A stretch of DNA of 64,000 nt, taken from NCBI GenBank assembly GCA_950097015.1, contig CATNEN010000029.1:248001-312000 (forward strand), given 5' to 3'. The translations under genes and the position numbers were made by a program. Each line of letters opens with the position of its first letter. The stretch's first letter is position 1. The notes below the pieces were generated by a model that made no database searches, was not told where the DNA came from, and was given only the letters and a program-made list of their open reading frames with translations. The stretch is from Macrostomum hystrix (Eukaryota; Animalia; Platyhelminthes). Below are positions 49,985 to 62,550 of this stretch, piece by piece.

Positions 49985-50660
49985 GAGCCTCAGAATCCTT
50001 TAGAGGAATATCAAAATCCTTTAGCGGGAGAGCCTCGAAATCTTACAGTTCGAGAGCATCAAAATGCTTCAGTTAGAGAGTCTCAAAATCCTTCAGTGGG
50101 ACAGTTTCAGAATCCTACAGTTAGAGAGCCTCAAAATCCTTCAGTTAGAGCCTCAAAATCCTTCAGTGGGACAGTTTCAGAATCCTACAGTTAGAGAGCC
50201 TTAAAATCCTTCAGTTAGAGAGCCTCAAAATCCTTCAGTGGGAGAGCCTAAAAATCCTTCAGTGGGAGAGCCTAAAAATCCTTCAGTGGGAGAGCCTCAG
50301 AATCCTTCAGTTAGAGAACCTCAGAATCCTTTAGTTTGAGAGCCTCAAAATCCTTCAGTTAGAGAGCCTCAAAATCCTTCAGTTAGAGAGCCTCAAAATC
50401 CTTCAGTGGGAGAGCCTAAAAATCCTTCAGTGGGAGAGCCTCAGAATCCTTCAGTTTGAGAGCCTCAAAACCCTTCAGTTAGAGAGCCTCAAAATCCTTC
50501 AGTGGGAGAGCCTAAAAATCCTTCAGTGGGAGAGCCTCAGAATCCTTCAGTTAGAGAGCCTCAGAATCCTTCAGTGGGAGAGCCTCAGAATCCTTCAGTT
50601 AGAGAACCTCAAAATCCTTCAGTTTGAGAGCCTCAGAATCCTCCAGTGGGAGAGCCTCGA
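49985..50660. repeat. Minisatellite, 24-bp unit
   Basis: Unit AGAGAGCCTCAAAATCCTTCAGTT. Confidence 0.92.
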
Positions 50661-50761
50661 AATGAAACACCGGCAGATACTAGAAATCTTAAAAATAAAT
50701 AATCAAGGTCCCAATAAGCATTTTCCGAGCCTAAAGGTCAAAGTTCAACCGCTCGTCAGCT

Positions 50762-53678
50762 TCAAAGCTCTGCGTCGGCATCAGCTGTGTCGCCTTGCAG
50801 GTCGAGAAACTCGGCCATGAGCGGCCGCACCAGCCTTGCGTTGGCCTGTCCGGCCAGGTCGGCAAACTGGCGCTCCAGGCAGCGCAACTCGGCCAGCTGG
50901 GCCAGGATCTGCGGGTACAGGCGGCGGGCCTCGGACACCGGGTGCCGGGTTCGCAGCAGCCGCTCTAGCAGTCGGCAGTAGCCAGCCTGAGCGGACTCAA
51001 CTTCGGCGCGACCGTCAGCTGACAGAGCGGGGCGGTCCGGGCTGAAGAGGCAGGAGAGCAGCAGCAGGACCAGAGTCGGCCGGTCCGCCCGCAAGCCGCA
51101 GCGCAGGGCGGTGGCCAGGCGGAGCAGGGCTTGGCCGCTGGCGCCGGCAGCGCGCAGGAAGTCGCCGCCGTCCATCGCCAGCGAGTCGGCTCGATCGGCA
51201 TCGGCTGCGTCCAGGAATCGGGCGCCCTCCGGGTCGAAGCTGATGACGCCGCGAAGCAGGATCAGCTCCATGGCGCCGCCTTTGAGCAGAGCGACCTGAA
51301 GGCCGATCGGGCAATAATTGATTACACCAGCCCCAATAGGTGAGTGGTTCGTCCATGGACATGGCTGTTCAGTCCATGGACAGGGGAGCTCCATACCCAC
51401 CCTGAATCACCCTGAATCACCCCAACTCATTTAACAGCTGGGTAAACTAGAGCAATGCAGAGTTAAGTGTCTTGCTTAAAGGACACATATTTTTCCAGTG
51501 GAGACGGGATTCAGGAATCGAACCTCCGACCTTCCCCAGTCCAGCTCACCTTGTCCTGCTGGCTGAGCCGGCGAAACGGTTCAAGCCGCTTACTCAAATC
51601 GATGACGCGAAGCACGGACAGCTCGGCGAAGTTGATGAGGTCGTCCACGCCGACTGGGGCGGTGGGCCGTTCGCTTGGCGCCTGCGGCGGCAGCACGCAC
51701 GCCTCCGAGCTGGCGTAGCTGTCCAGAGCGCTGCGCAGGTCGGCGAGCTCAGACTCGGTCAGCAGCTCGCGCTGGGACAGCTCGGCGGCCGGCAGGTCCT
51801 TCGGCAGCAGTTGCAGAGCCTCCAGGCTGCGAACCAACCTGCACACCGGGTGGAAGAAAGTAGAAACTGGAATTGCCTCATCAAGAATGTGTATACAAAG
51901 GTGCTGTGGGACATTTCGATCTTTAAGGCTCACTTTTAGGAGCATTATTAATAATAATTGATTACACCTGCCCCGGTCGTTGCGCGGCGCATCTGATGGC
52001 TGCAGCTGCACAAAGGTTCTGGAGCCTCATAACACACAAACACACACACGTCTACAGGCAGTTGATTCTAAGTGAATTAGCTGGACTACACTATTTGCCA
52101 ATCCCAATGGGAATAGAGTCTAGTCCACATGGGGGATATCCATGACTGATACTGAAATAGTGCGCCTAAATAATTTATTAGCTTAGCAACCCTCCGCTGC
52201 GCACTCATAATCTATCTACTCAACTCACTCGCGCCCGCTCGCTTCATGGTCCCAGAACAGCCAGTTGCCATGCAGCCAATTTCTGCGGGTGCTATTGGGT
52301 TGAGCTCAAGCCACCCTCCCCCCAGAAACTCCTGCAGACCATCAATTTGTTCAGAATTGTGTTCAGTAAAAATTCCCTTTTGACATGCTTTTCGGGTGAT
52401 GAACTGCTAAAAAATAGCTTGGATATTTTATTGTTGCTACTTACAGTAGGTTTGGAGTTTTTTAGACAAAACATTCGAGGCTCATTGAATCAGGACCAGG
52501 GATTTCTGGCAAGAAGCGACCTCTGGTTTCTTTTCACTTACTTATTCTGGTCGATCTTCTTCCGCTTGACCTGCTTCTCCTCCTCGGACAGGATGTACTC
52601 CTTCTTCATGCCGACCTCGAAGCACTTGCGAAGGCGGCAGCGCTTGCAGAAGCGCCTGTTGGAAACATCCATGACGCAGTGGCCCTCGTAGGGACACTTG
52701 AAAGCAGCCTTTGAAGTAGAGTGAGAGTAATAAATTGCATCACGCTGGCTCCCGAATTTACATAATGGGATTCCGATCCCACTTCTCGGTACTGCATATT
52801 TTGATACCACTTTCTTCAACTAAAATCCTGATCCTATATCCCATTGCTATACTGTAAACCACATCCTTCTAGAATCCAAATCCCACTTTCCTGTACTAGA
52901 ATCCAAATCCCACTTTCCTGTACTAGAATCCTAATCCCACTTCCCTGTACTAGAATCCAAATCCCACTTCCCTGTACTAGAATCCAAATCCCACTTCCCT
53001 GTACTAGAATCCAAATCCCACTTCCCTGTACTAGAATCCTAATCCCACTTCCCTGTACTAGAATCCTAATCCCACTTCCCTGTACTAGAATCCAAATCCC
53101 ACTTCCCTGTACTAGAATCCCAATCCCACTTCCCTGTACTAGAATCCAAATCCCAACTCGAGAAGCTTCATGCAAACTCACCACACCGCGACCAGCGTTG
53201 CGTCTAAAGAATGCCTTGCAGCTCTCGCAGCTGACAGCATCAAAGTTGAAGCCGAGCGCTTTGTCGCCGCACACGCCGCAAATTTTGTCTTCGCGAGGCC
53301 GCGGCACCCGTCGCTGCGGCCCGACACCGCCGCTGCCCGCGGATGACGAGCTGACGATCCCGACGGCGGCCCCGTTCGGCGACAACGGCTCAGACTTGGC
53401 TGGCTCCGGCGGGGTGACACATTCGAAAAGAAAGTCCCGCTCGAGCGACTGCTGGGCTATGATCGGCTGCGGCTGCTGCTGCTTCTGCTGCAGTTCAGAG
53501 AAAGCTGAGTATGTGCCAGTGGAATCCGATCCTGGTGACAGGTCGTCAGAGCCACCGAGAATGTAACAGCCGTACGCGGCCGACTCCTCCTGCTCGAAGG
53601 GAGCCAGAAGCTCGAACTTCAAGTCATCCAGAGGGCCGCGCATTGTGGATGTCATCAGACTGTGCTGCGGCTGCTGTA

Positions 53679-53710
<32 letters not shown>

Positions 53711-53778
53711 GGTTGTTGTGGGTACTGGAATTGCAGCGACTGCTGCTGCTGTTGCTGTATTTGCTGCGGCTGCTGCAT
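50762..53778 (-). CDS. Hr96: Nuclear receptor, HR96/DAF-12-like (NR1J), with Gln-rich A/B domain; 4 coding exons, start codon uncertain
   Basis: Exons about 53778-53182, 52708-52542, 51838-51550, 51295-50762. C4 zinc fingers [27 protein letters not shown] and [20 protein letters not shown]-box CESCKA is typical of HR96/DAF-12. LBD signature [17 protein letters not shown] and AF-2-like PLMAEFLD. The frame is open up to an acceptor at 53841; the first in-frame ATG is at 53778. Confidence 0.88.
51313..51535 (-). mobile_element. SINE family 1 copy filling the last intron of the nuclear receptor
   Basis: Reverse complement aligns to 23770-24030 from GAAGGTCGG..GTTCGATTCC through the GGTGTAATCAATTATT tail. 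Confidence 0.75.
51946..52015 (-). mobile_element. SINE family 1, 3' end fragment
   Basis: Reverse complement ends GGGGCAGGTGTAATCAATTATTATT. Confidence 0.6.
52868..53155. repeat. Minisatellite, 27-bp unit, about 10 copies, in the intron splitting the nuclear receptor DBD
   Basis: Unit TACTAGAATCCAAATCCCACTTCCCTG. Confidence 0.95.
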
Positions 53779-54629
53779 TTGTTGCTGTTCATAAAATGGC
53801 CAAATTAATTGATTCTGCTGCTGTGGATGCTGTGGCGCCACCTGGCTGTAAGCAAGGGTGCAGATCGGCTTTTAGTTATTGCGCTACAGTAAAAAAATTG
53901 GCGGACATTTTCATATACTGCTACTAACACGAATTAAGTAGGCAAGTTTGCGTTTTCTACTTCTCTTTTCTCTTACAGCCTACTCGTAATTATGTGCTAT
54001 GTGAAAGGCTGTAAAATACGTAGGCGACCCACTTTCAGCCTAATAGACCCAAGCTTTCCCTTATCGCGTCCAATTTATAGCCTATACCGTAAAATTCGTG
54101 ATAGAAACGATTTCTCACCTTTCCCCACGAGCGACTTTTGCGGATTCTATTAATAACAATGATTAATAAGGATTTTGTCACACAAACCAAGACAATAAGG
54201 AAATTTTCAAAGCGCTCTATGAATCAATATTTTTGTGTTGGCGGAAATCTGAAAATCCGTACGCTCAAGTGTTTAGCAACTAAGAATGTTTTTTAACTTA
54301 ACAAAGAAATCTAACACGATGTGCAGAAGAATGAAAAATAATGCACACGTCGCTTGCTATAATATAAGGCCAAACTCAGCTGTAAAAAGAAAGCCAATAT
54401 ATACATCATATTGATCTTCAGTTTTAAAGCCAAGTATTCAAGAATCAGCTTACCTTCCATAATCAGATTTCATACAGATTGATGTCATTGTCTTCTGAAT
54501 TACCTGTGCTCTGTCTTATTTTACTTTTACTGCTTAATTAAATTCAGTTGAATTGTTTTAACTCGGATAAAAATATAAGTGGTTGCGATACGCACTGGCT
54601 GAGACTGGCGGATTTGTTTTGCTCGGGTG

Positions 54630-54719
54630 CATTGGGTTTAAAGATCGCGGCATTTTATGCGAATTTCAGCCTGAGCGGCGGGGGTTGCGGCGGTCCAGTC
54701 GCACCACCCCCTCCCTTCT
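54630..54719 (+). repeat. 90-bp dispersed repeat, copy 2
   Basis: Identical to 48837-48926 by eye, same orientation. Confidence 0.85.
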
Positions 54720-56391
54720 CTCTCCTCTCTGGCGCCGTCCTTCCTCTCTATTCTTTCTATCGCAGGGTTCACCCGGTATGGCCAGGCGTGGCAGAGCCCA
54801 GCTATATTTGGAAATCTCAGTCTGGCTGGCCCAATGCGTCACTGGTGTACACTCGGGGCCGCGGGGCTGCGTACATTCCAGACCCCGAAAGGGCGTGCAC
54901 TACTGATAATTCCACAGAATTCCAGTTGAATTAGTGGAATAAGGGAAAAGGAGGATGAGGAAGTGGAGTAGAAATTGGAGCACGTGATAATTTTTTCTCA
55001 TTTCTTTCCGACCAGCCCGCAGTCTAATTTGTGAATTATAAAACGGATTTAAATGAAGGAAATGGTTGTCCACGAAGGCAAAAGAAACTTTTTAAAACTT
55101 TTTTTTCTGAATCTTAAACGTTAAGCCTGACTATAAAAAGGCAAAAAGCTGGTACGGAAGGAAACGGCGTTTTCTAGGATTTTAATAAGCTCGTTTAAAT
55201 AAATCTCAATTGCTAATAGCATATTATTGTTATTATTCAGCTTTTTGTTTGTAAATTGTAAACGTGTAAAGGTTATTAAGCAAATACATGATCAGGAAAA
55301 ATTATTTTAGAAGTTTTAGGTTTCAGTTTCTGATATTTTGTTCGGTAATACTTGGAAAATTCTCTTTTTATTATGATAAGTAAAAATAATTACTAAAAAA
55401 ATTTGTATTACTTCTGCAGTATTCCGTTAAACATAAAGAACATTTTAAAATAGAAAATGATATCATATTTCTATAGATTCTCATGTGACACGCGCGGGGT
55501 GGGGTCCACTGGGGTGACAGAGAGCAAACCCCTAATGTACATAATAAGATGTACATTCTAGCCACTAAGGGAGGGGGAGAATCCACGAAGTCATTCCGTA
55601 CACGCAAACCCTCGCCTCTCAAGCTGCAAGTTGAGAAAGTGCGGCAAAATGCACCGAATGACCCCGAGCAGGCAATCCAAGACAGAACGTTAATGCTTTT
55701 GTACTAAATTGTCGGCCAAGTCGTTAAGATAAAAAACAAATTGCGGTGTTCAGTTTCGCCAAACAACGAATTCAAAGCTGACTTGGGAACTAAAAGTCAC
55801 CCCGAGTTCAATGAGGAAATGTTTTAAATTCACTATATTATTTTCTTGACTGAAACAGAATGTGTAAGCGGGATGGTTGCGTCCGAAATCCATGCCTGTG
55901 CCTTCAAATGTTGTGCAGGAAATTTCTAAAAACTTAAAGTTGTAGCGAATTCGCGGGCTTCATTTTTTATTTCTAAAGGCTTCAATTTCTGCTGAAGTTA
56001 TTTATTAACCTTTGAGTCTTGGAGGATAAGTTGAGGACACAAAAGTGGAGTCACCCGGTGCGAAATCTTCTGGCCAGGACCACTTATAATGCTTCTGCGC
56101 AAAAGTAAAAAAATGCAAGCAGCAGGAAAGCAACGGATGAGCGAAAGAAGAGGCTCGCCAAATCCCAGCAGGAAAAGTGATTTCTTGCCCGGACAGAGCT
56201 TCTTTGAATCTGAGGATGCCGACTGATTTAACAAGGTTTACTGCATTGCCCTCGGACTACAGAGTGTAGGTATCCGCTTTGGGACAGAAGAATAAGCGCG
56301 TGAAAAAACACATATAGAATTAAATAACTTCTCGAGATAAACTTCTCGTCCAGAATTTCATAGTTTAGGAAATTTATGAACCTTAGCTTGC

Positions 56392-57220
56392 TGACACCCT
56401 TAGCTAACTAACTCACACCCTAACAAACTGACACCCTAACTAGCTGACACCCTAACTAACTGACACCCTTAGCTAACTAACTCACACCCTAACAAACTGA
56501 CACCCTAACTAGCTGACACCCTAACTAGCTGATACCCTAGCTATCTGACCTAACCCTAACCCTTACAAACTGACACACTAAATAGATTAAAAACCCTAAC
56601 AAACTAACACCATAACTGACACCATAACAAACTGACACCCTAACAAACTGACACACTAACTAACTGACAAACTGACACCCTAACTAACTGAAAACCTAAC
56701 TAACCGACATCCTAACAAACTGACACCCAACAAACTGACACCCTAACTAACTGAAAACCTAACTAACCGACATCCTAACAAACTGACACCCAACAAACTG
56801 ACACCCTAACTAACTGAAAACCTAACTAACCGACACCCTAACAAACTGACACCCTAACTAACTGACTAACAAACTGACACCCTAACAAACTGACACCCTA
56901 ACTAACTGACAAACCTAACAAACTGACACCCTAACTAACTGACTAACAAACTGACACCCTAACAAACTGACACCCTAACTAACTGACAAACCTAACAAAC
57001 TGACACCCTAACTAACTGACAAACCTAACAAACTGACACCCTAACTAACTGACTAACAAACTGACACCCTAACAAACTGACACCCTAACTAACTGACAAA
57101 CCTAACAAACTGACACCCTAACTAACTGACTAACAAACTGACACCCTAACAAACTGACACCCTAACAAACTGACACCCTAACAAACTGACACCCTAACTG
57201 ACAAACCTAACAAACTGACG
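56392..57220. repeat. Complex degenerate satellite built on CCCTAAC / CTAACAAACTGACACC
   Basis: Interleaved 12-17-bp units; a short pure CCCTAA run at 56549-56563. Confidence 0.88.
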
Positions 57221-58907
57221 CACTTAGGTTGCTGCCACCCCTTTAGCTAGCAGACAGGCCGTTTTTGCCCTTTAACATGCTTTCCGATCTTCATAATTCG
57301 GATATAATTCGACCCAGTTTCCGCCTTGAGTATTATTTACAAAGCTTTACAAAAAGCACTACATTCCCCCCAGGCCTCAGCAAAATGGCGCAGAAAAACA
57401 AACACAAGAGAGACTTGATCCGACGGATTGCACCTTAACACAACAAAAAAATTACTTACAGTGTTCACAGATTTCACAGAGTTTTCACAAAAGTTTTCAC
57501 TTTTAATAGAGCATCCTCTTATTCAGCTAGTCAGTAAGATGATCATAGTCTAATCGTGACGCTATCGGCCTAAAATCAAACGCTTTATATAGACCTGCAA
57601 AAGTATTCTATAGCGCAAAGATCACAGGGATGATTTTTAGGGACATTTTTGGCCTGAGCTTGCTGTGTGCTAGGGTAAAGTGGGGTGTAGAGGCGGCTGT
57701 AATTGATGAGCCTGCACCCCGGCCATTGCGCCGCCCACCCCCACTCCCTGGGGGTGAGGGAAAGGAAACATCAAAGGAGGCGTGCCGACTGTTCTTAGTA
57801 TTTATTAAGTCGGGATGTGAGAAGGTAGAGAAGGAGGAGAAAGGAACTTTTATATAGGCATACAATCATGTGTGTTAATTTAGCTCACTTTAGCTCGAAT
57901 AATTTCGTGTAGAGCGCAAAGGTCAACGGGTGCATTCATTGCAGCCTCACGTTATTTCAGTATAACTGTGTATTTACTTACTTTAAGCGTTAATATTTAT
58001 TACGCACAATCATTTTATTAATAATCTGTGATATACAAACATTTTCGTTTGTTTTGTGAGTAATACTCGCTCAACAGTTTTCATTTTCTTTTTTGAGAAA
58101 GCTTTACACCTGAGAACAAACTTTGCCAAGGAATTTCAGGAATTTACATGTGACTCATTATCGTGTCATGAGTGTGCACACACAGTGCCTTCAAATAATT
58201 GCTATGCTCAAGATTAGAGTCATTTGAAGAATCGCTGACACAAGTTAAGGTCTAAAATATAGTGTATACAGTTACAAATATATTTTAGTTACTTATTTGT
58301 TCACTCGTTAAAAAATACAAAATACCAAAAAGAAGTGAAGTGAACGCATATGTACATTGCCACACACTACATCTGTATTAAGCAGGTGATATCTCTTATC
58401 GATCAGGTGATGTCTGCTTAACAAGGCCAAAACAAAATCAGGGAAATGCTATTCTTTGAAACGACTGGCGGCATTTTTAATCCGCTTCATTGACCGGCTT
58501 CTGCGTCGAGGATAGAAGCTTAAACAAAGACTTTATCAGTGCAAACAGAACAAAGACTAGTTCGGATTGGTTTTAGAAATGCAAATTCTTTGTCGGACAA
58601 AATAGCCTCGTTTTGAAAATTTGCACCGAGATTGTCTTATCAAATATAGAGGGCAGGAAAAAGCCACAGTTGATTGTAAGAAATTAACTATAACAAAGCG
58701 TTATAACTCACTAAACAAGCGTTGAGCGCCTGACAATCAGATAAAACTGTCAATCACTGGGTACAGCTGTCACAAACCTCCAGTGCACATTGTCTAAAAA
58801 TAGTTGCTGGCCTCTATCTTATCTTTATTAAACTTAAGAGTTTATATTTACAGCAAATATACTAGATGTGTCCAATCCCAAAGTTCCAAAAAATATCTTC
58901 GTGGAAC

Positions 58908-60367
58908 TCAGGTAGCGGCTGATTCATGGCTCAGGTAGCGGCTGAATGATGGCTCAGGTAGCGGCTGAAATGATGGCTCAGGTAGCGGCTGAATGATGGC
59001 TCAGGTAGCGGCTGATTCATGGCTCAGGTAGCGGCTGAATGATGGCTCAGGTAGCGGCTGAAATGATGGCTCAGGTAACAGCTGAATGATGGCTCAGGTA
59101 ACAGCTGAATGATGGCTCAGGTAGCGGCTGAAATGATGGCTCAGGTAGCGGCTGAACGATGGCTCAGGTAACGGCTGAATGATGGCTCAGGTAGCGACTG
59201 AATGATGGCTCAGGTAGCGGCTGATTCATGGCTCTGGTAGCGGCTGATTCATGGCTCTGGTAGCGGCTGAATGATGGCTCAGGTAACGGCTGAATGATGG
59301 CTCAGGTAACGGCTGAATGATGGCTCAGGTAGCGGCTGAATGATGGCTCAGGTAGCGGCTGAATGATGGCTCTGGTAGCGGCTGATTCATGGCTCAGGTA
59401 GCGGCTGATTCATGGCTCAGGTAGCGGCTGAATGATGGCTCAGGTAGCGGCTGAATGATGGCTCAGGTAGCGGCTGAATGATGGCTCAGGTAACAGCTGA
59501 ATGATGGCTCAGGTAGCGGCTGAATCATGGCTCAGGTAGCGGCTGAATGATGGCTCAGGTAGCGGCTGAATGATGGCTCAGGTAACAGCTGAATGATGGC
59601 TCAGGTAGCGGCTGAATCATGGCTCAGGTAGCGGCTGAATGATGGCTCAGGTAGCGGCTGAATGATGGCTCAGGTAGCGGCTGAATGATGGCTCAGGTAA
59701 CAGCTGAATGATGGCTCAGGTAACAGCTGAATGATGGCTCAGGTAGCGGCTGAATCATGGCTCAGGTAGCGGCTGAATGATGGCTCAGGTAGCGGCTGAA
59801 TGATGGCTCAGGTAGCGGCTGAATCATGGCTCAGGTAGCGGCTGAATGATGGCTCAGGTAGCTGCTGAATGATGGCTCAGGTAGCGGCTGAATGATGGCT
59901 CAGGTAGCGGCTGAATGATGGCTCAGGTAGCGGCTGAATGATGGCTCAGGTAGCGGCTGAATGATGGCTCAGTTAGCGGCTGAATGATGGCTCAGGTAGC
60001 TGCTGAATGATGGCTCAGGTAGCGGCTGAATCATGGCTCAGGTAGCGGCTGAATGATGGCTCAGGTAGCGGCTGAATGATGGCTCAGTAGCGGCTGAATG
60101 ATGGCTCAGTAGCGGCTGAATGATGGCTCAGGTAGCGGCTGAATGATGACTCAGGTAGCGGCTGAAATGATGGCTCAGGTAGCGGCTGAATGTCGGCTCA
60201 GGTAGCGGCTGAATGATGGCTCAGGTAGCGGCTGAATGATGGCTCAGGTAGCGGCTGAAATGATGGCTCAGGTAGCGGCTGAATGATGGCTCAGGTAACG
60301 GCTGAATGATGGCTCAGGTAGCGGCTGAAATGATGGCTCAGGTAGCGGCTGAATGTCGGCTCAGGTA
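58908..60367. repeat. Minisatellite, 23-bp unit, about 63 copies
   Basis: Unit GGCTCAGGTAGCGGCTGAATGAT. Confidence 0.95.
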
Positions 60368-61082
60368 TTGACCATTTTTCGCTCTCAAGCCTGTCATTTT
60401 TTATGATGCACTTCAGGTTCTCATAAAAATGTTGTTTGTAATTCAGGAAATTTAAAGGAAAGTCGTTTTGAAGCCGTTAGACAAAAATCAACAAAAAATC
60501 TTTAAATTGCTACTTCCAGCAGCAAGTTTCGCAAACAGTACGTTCTTTGTCGTCTGAAATTTAGACAAATTTGAAGCAAATTCTAGAATAATCTATATAA
60601 AGTCTGTGGGCACCTTCAGGATCCACTAAGATGCAGTCTGTTTAAATTTTCAGCAACCCACTCCTAAAAAGTCTGTGGACACATTAACCTTTAACTGACT
60701 TGTGAGTATAAGCTAGTAAAATAGTTTTTTAAATAACTAAACTGAAAAAGAGCATTCACTAGCAAGTGGCTGCGATTTTCGTGGCACTATCCATCTAAAA
60801 GAAGGCTTAATCGGATTGCGGTATCACCTGCTGATTGAAGCTCCTTATTTCGCTGACAAAACTACTCGAAGTAGAACTGGAGAAAATTGAGCTTCGGCAG
60901 CTCTGTTGAACGAACCCGGATCCAATAACAAAGACGAGAGTTGCCTTTTGATCTTGCAATGTAGAGAGTTGTAAAATGTGCTTTTTGCTTAACGCGCTAC
61001 TTAAAGTAATGCCATAAGGAACTCTTAGCTACAACATTTAATCTATTTTTAGGAATGAGTCATACGCTATTTTTAGAAACAA

Positions 61083-61864
61083 GTCATGTGACATGGAACC
61101 GGAGAACCGGTTCTTGACAGCTGTGTTTGCACAGTATTCCAAATATGGTAAAAACTCACAATCATGACTCACTAAACAAATATGTGTGACCTAAGTAAAC
61201 ACCCGGTAGTAGAACCGGTTTTTCCCCAAAATTTTACTATAAATACAAGCGAAAATCCGAGCTAAAAATTCAGACTCGGAGCGGTCCACCGGACTTCAAA
61301 ACACCTTACGAAGAAGAGGACTCATCTCTGAGGGAAAGACAAGTGGTAAGCGCTTTATTAGACAGAGTTATTTATTGCTAGCAATAGTTGTTGAATTGAA
61401 CTAAGTTTACGAGAGCCACATATCGTCGATACATTTGAGAAAGGCCTCCTTGTTTCCTAGGATACATTCCTAGAGGATTATTGATTTGATTTGAGTTATC
61501 CGTTATCTTTCGGAGGTAACGAAGAAGACGCCCTTCAGGAGGACCTATTAGAGATATACAAGAGAGATTTCAATTGTTCACTAGGGCGCACGTTTCTATT
61601 GTGAATTCCGAGCTCGAGGAAACCGAAAAGTAATCTGATTCGCTCTCGTCATTTATTGGCCAAGAGACAAACTCAAGCAGCTACCAGGAAGACAAAGAAG
61701 ACAAGACTACAAAGACTCAAGAAGCAACAGAACCGATACTTCACGGTCGACCAGCACAAGAAGAAGAACCGCCGGCTATCGAAAACCAAAGACTACAAAC
61801 AACTTACTATCAAGGAAGAAGAAGAAACTGCAGTAAGTGTCACGTGACTGTTATAAATTCCTAG
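61083..61864 (+). other. Unidentified promoter-plus-open-frame module, possibly a mobile element or viral relic
   Basis: GTCATGTGAC (61083), TATAAATA (about 61238), donor GTAAGC (61346), stop-free frame 61485-61847, donor GTAAGT (61833), GTCACGTGAC (61839). No ATG and no recognisable domain. Confidence 0.3.
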
Positions 61865-62550
61865 GCAATTGTTCCCCATTGTCTAGAAGTGGGAGTTTCG
61901 TGTGTCTGATCAACACGCAAAACTCTTCAGCAATGCTTTGGCAAAAAACTGTCTTTTGAACAAAGCGCGTGACATGATTTGACCTTGAAGTCAGTCACCA
62001 GACCTGAGTAAACATTTCCTTGAGAACAGTCGAAAATATGAGCCCGGATGAGTTCGACTGAGCAAATGTGAAAACTCTGAACTCAGTAGCTCAGCACGCA
62101 ACACATGCCATTTTTATCCTCTTTAAAGGTTTGCAAGAAGACACACCTTAGAGGTTCGGTGGTTTGTGCAACTCACACCAACCAGGGCCAACCTGGCTGC
62201 AAATTTTATATTATATTATGGATAGTTGTCTGTGAGTATTTTTCTGTTCGTAATGTTCGCCGTGCGCCTGGATAATGTGAATCTGAAATTAGTCCACAAA
62301 ATTACTCTAAAGCTGAAATAAAAAAATAAGGGACATTGCTGAAACTCAATTTGCTTTCTAGGCTGCTCAGTGGACACAACCAGTATACATACTCGTAGAT
62401 GAGCATGCTCACAGGAGAGCTATATTATCAGCGCATCTGTAACATTCCTACATTAGAGTACATAAGACTACAAGCAATACGACTGCATTTCAATCATCAG
62501 TTTATGAATAGAAAAAACTCTGTGCACTTTACACATACTCAACGTGCTCA

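Noticed and set aside
57900-58800. Faint resemblance to a decayed hAT transposase
   Set aside because: Only scattered, frameshifted motif-like fragments; cannot be supported without an HMM search.
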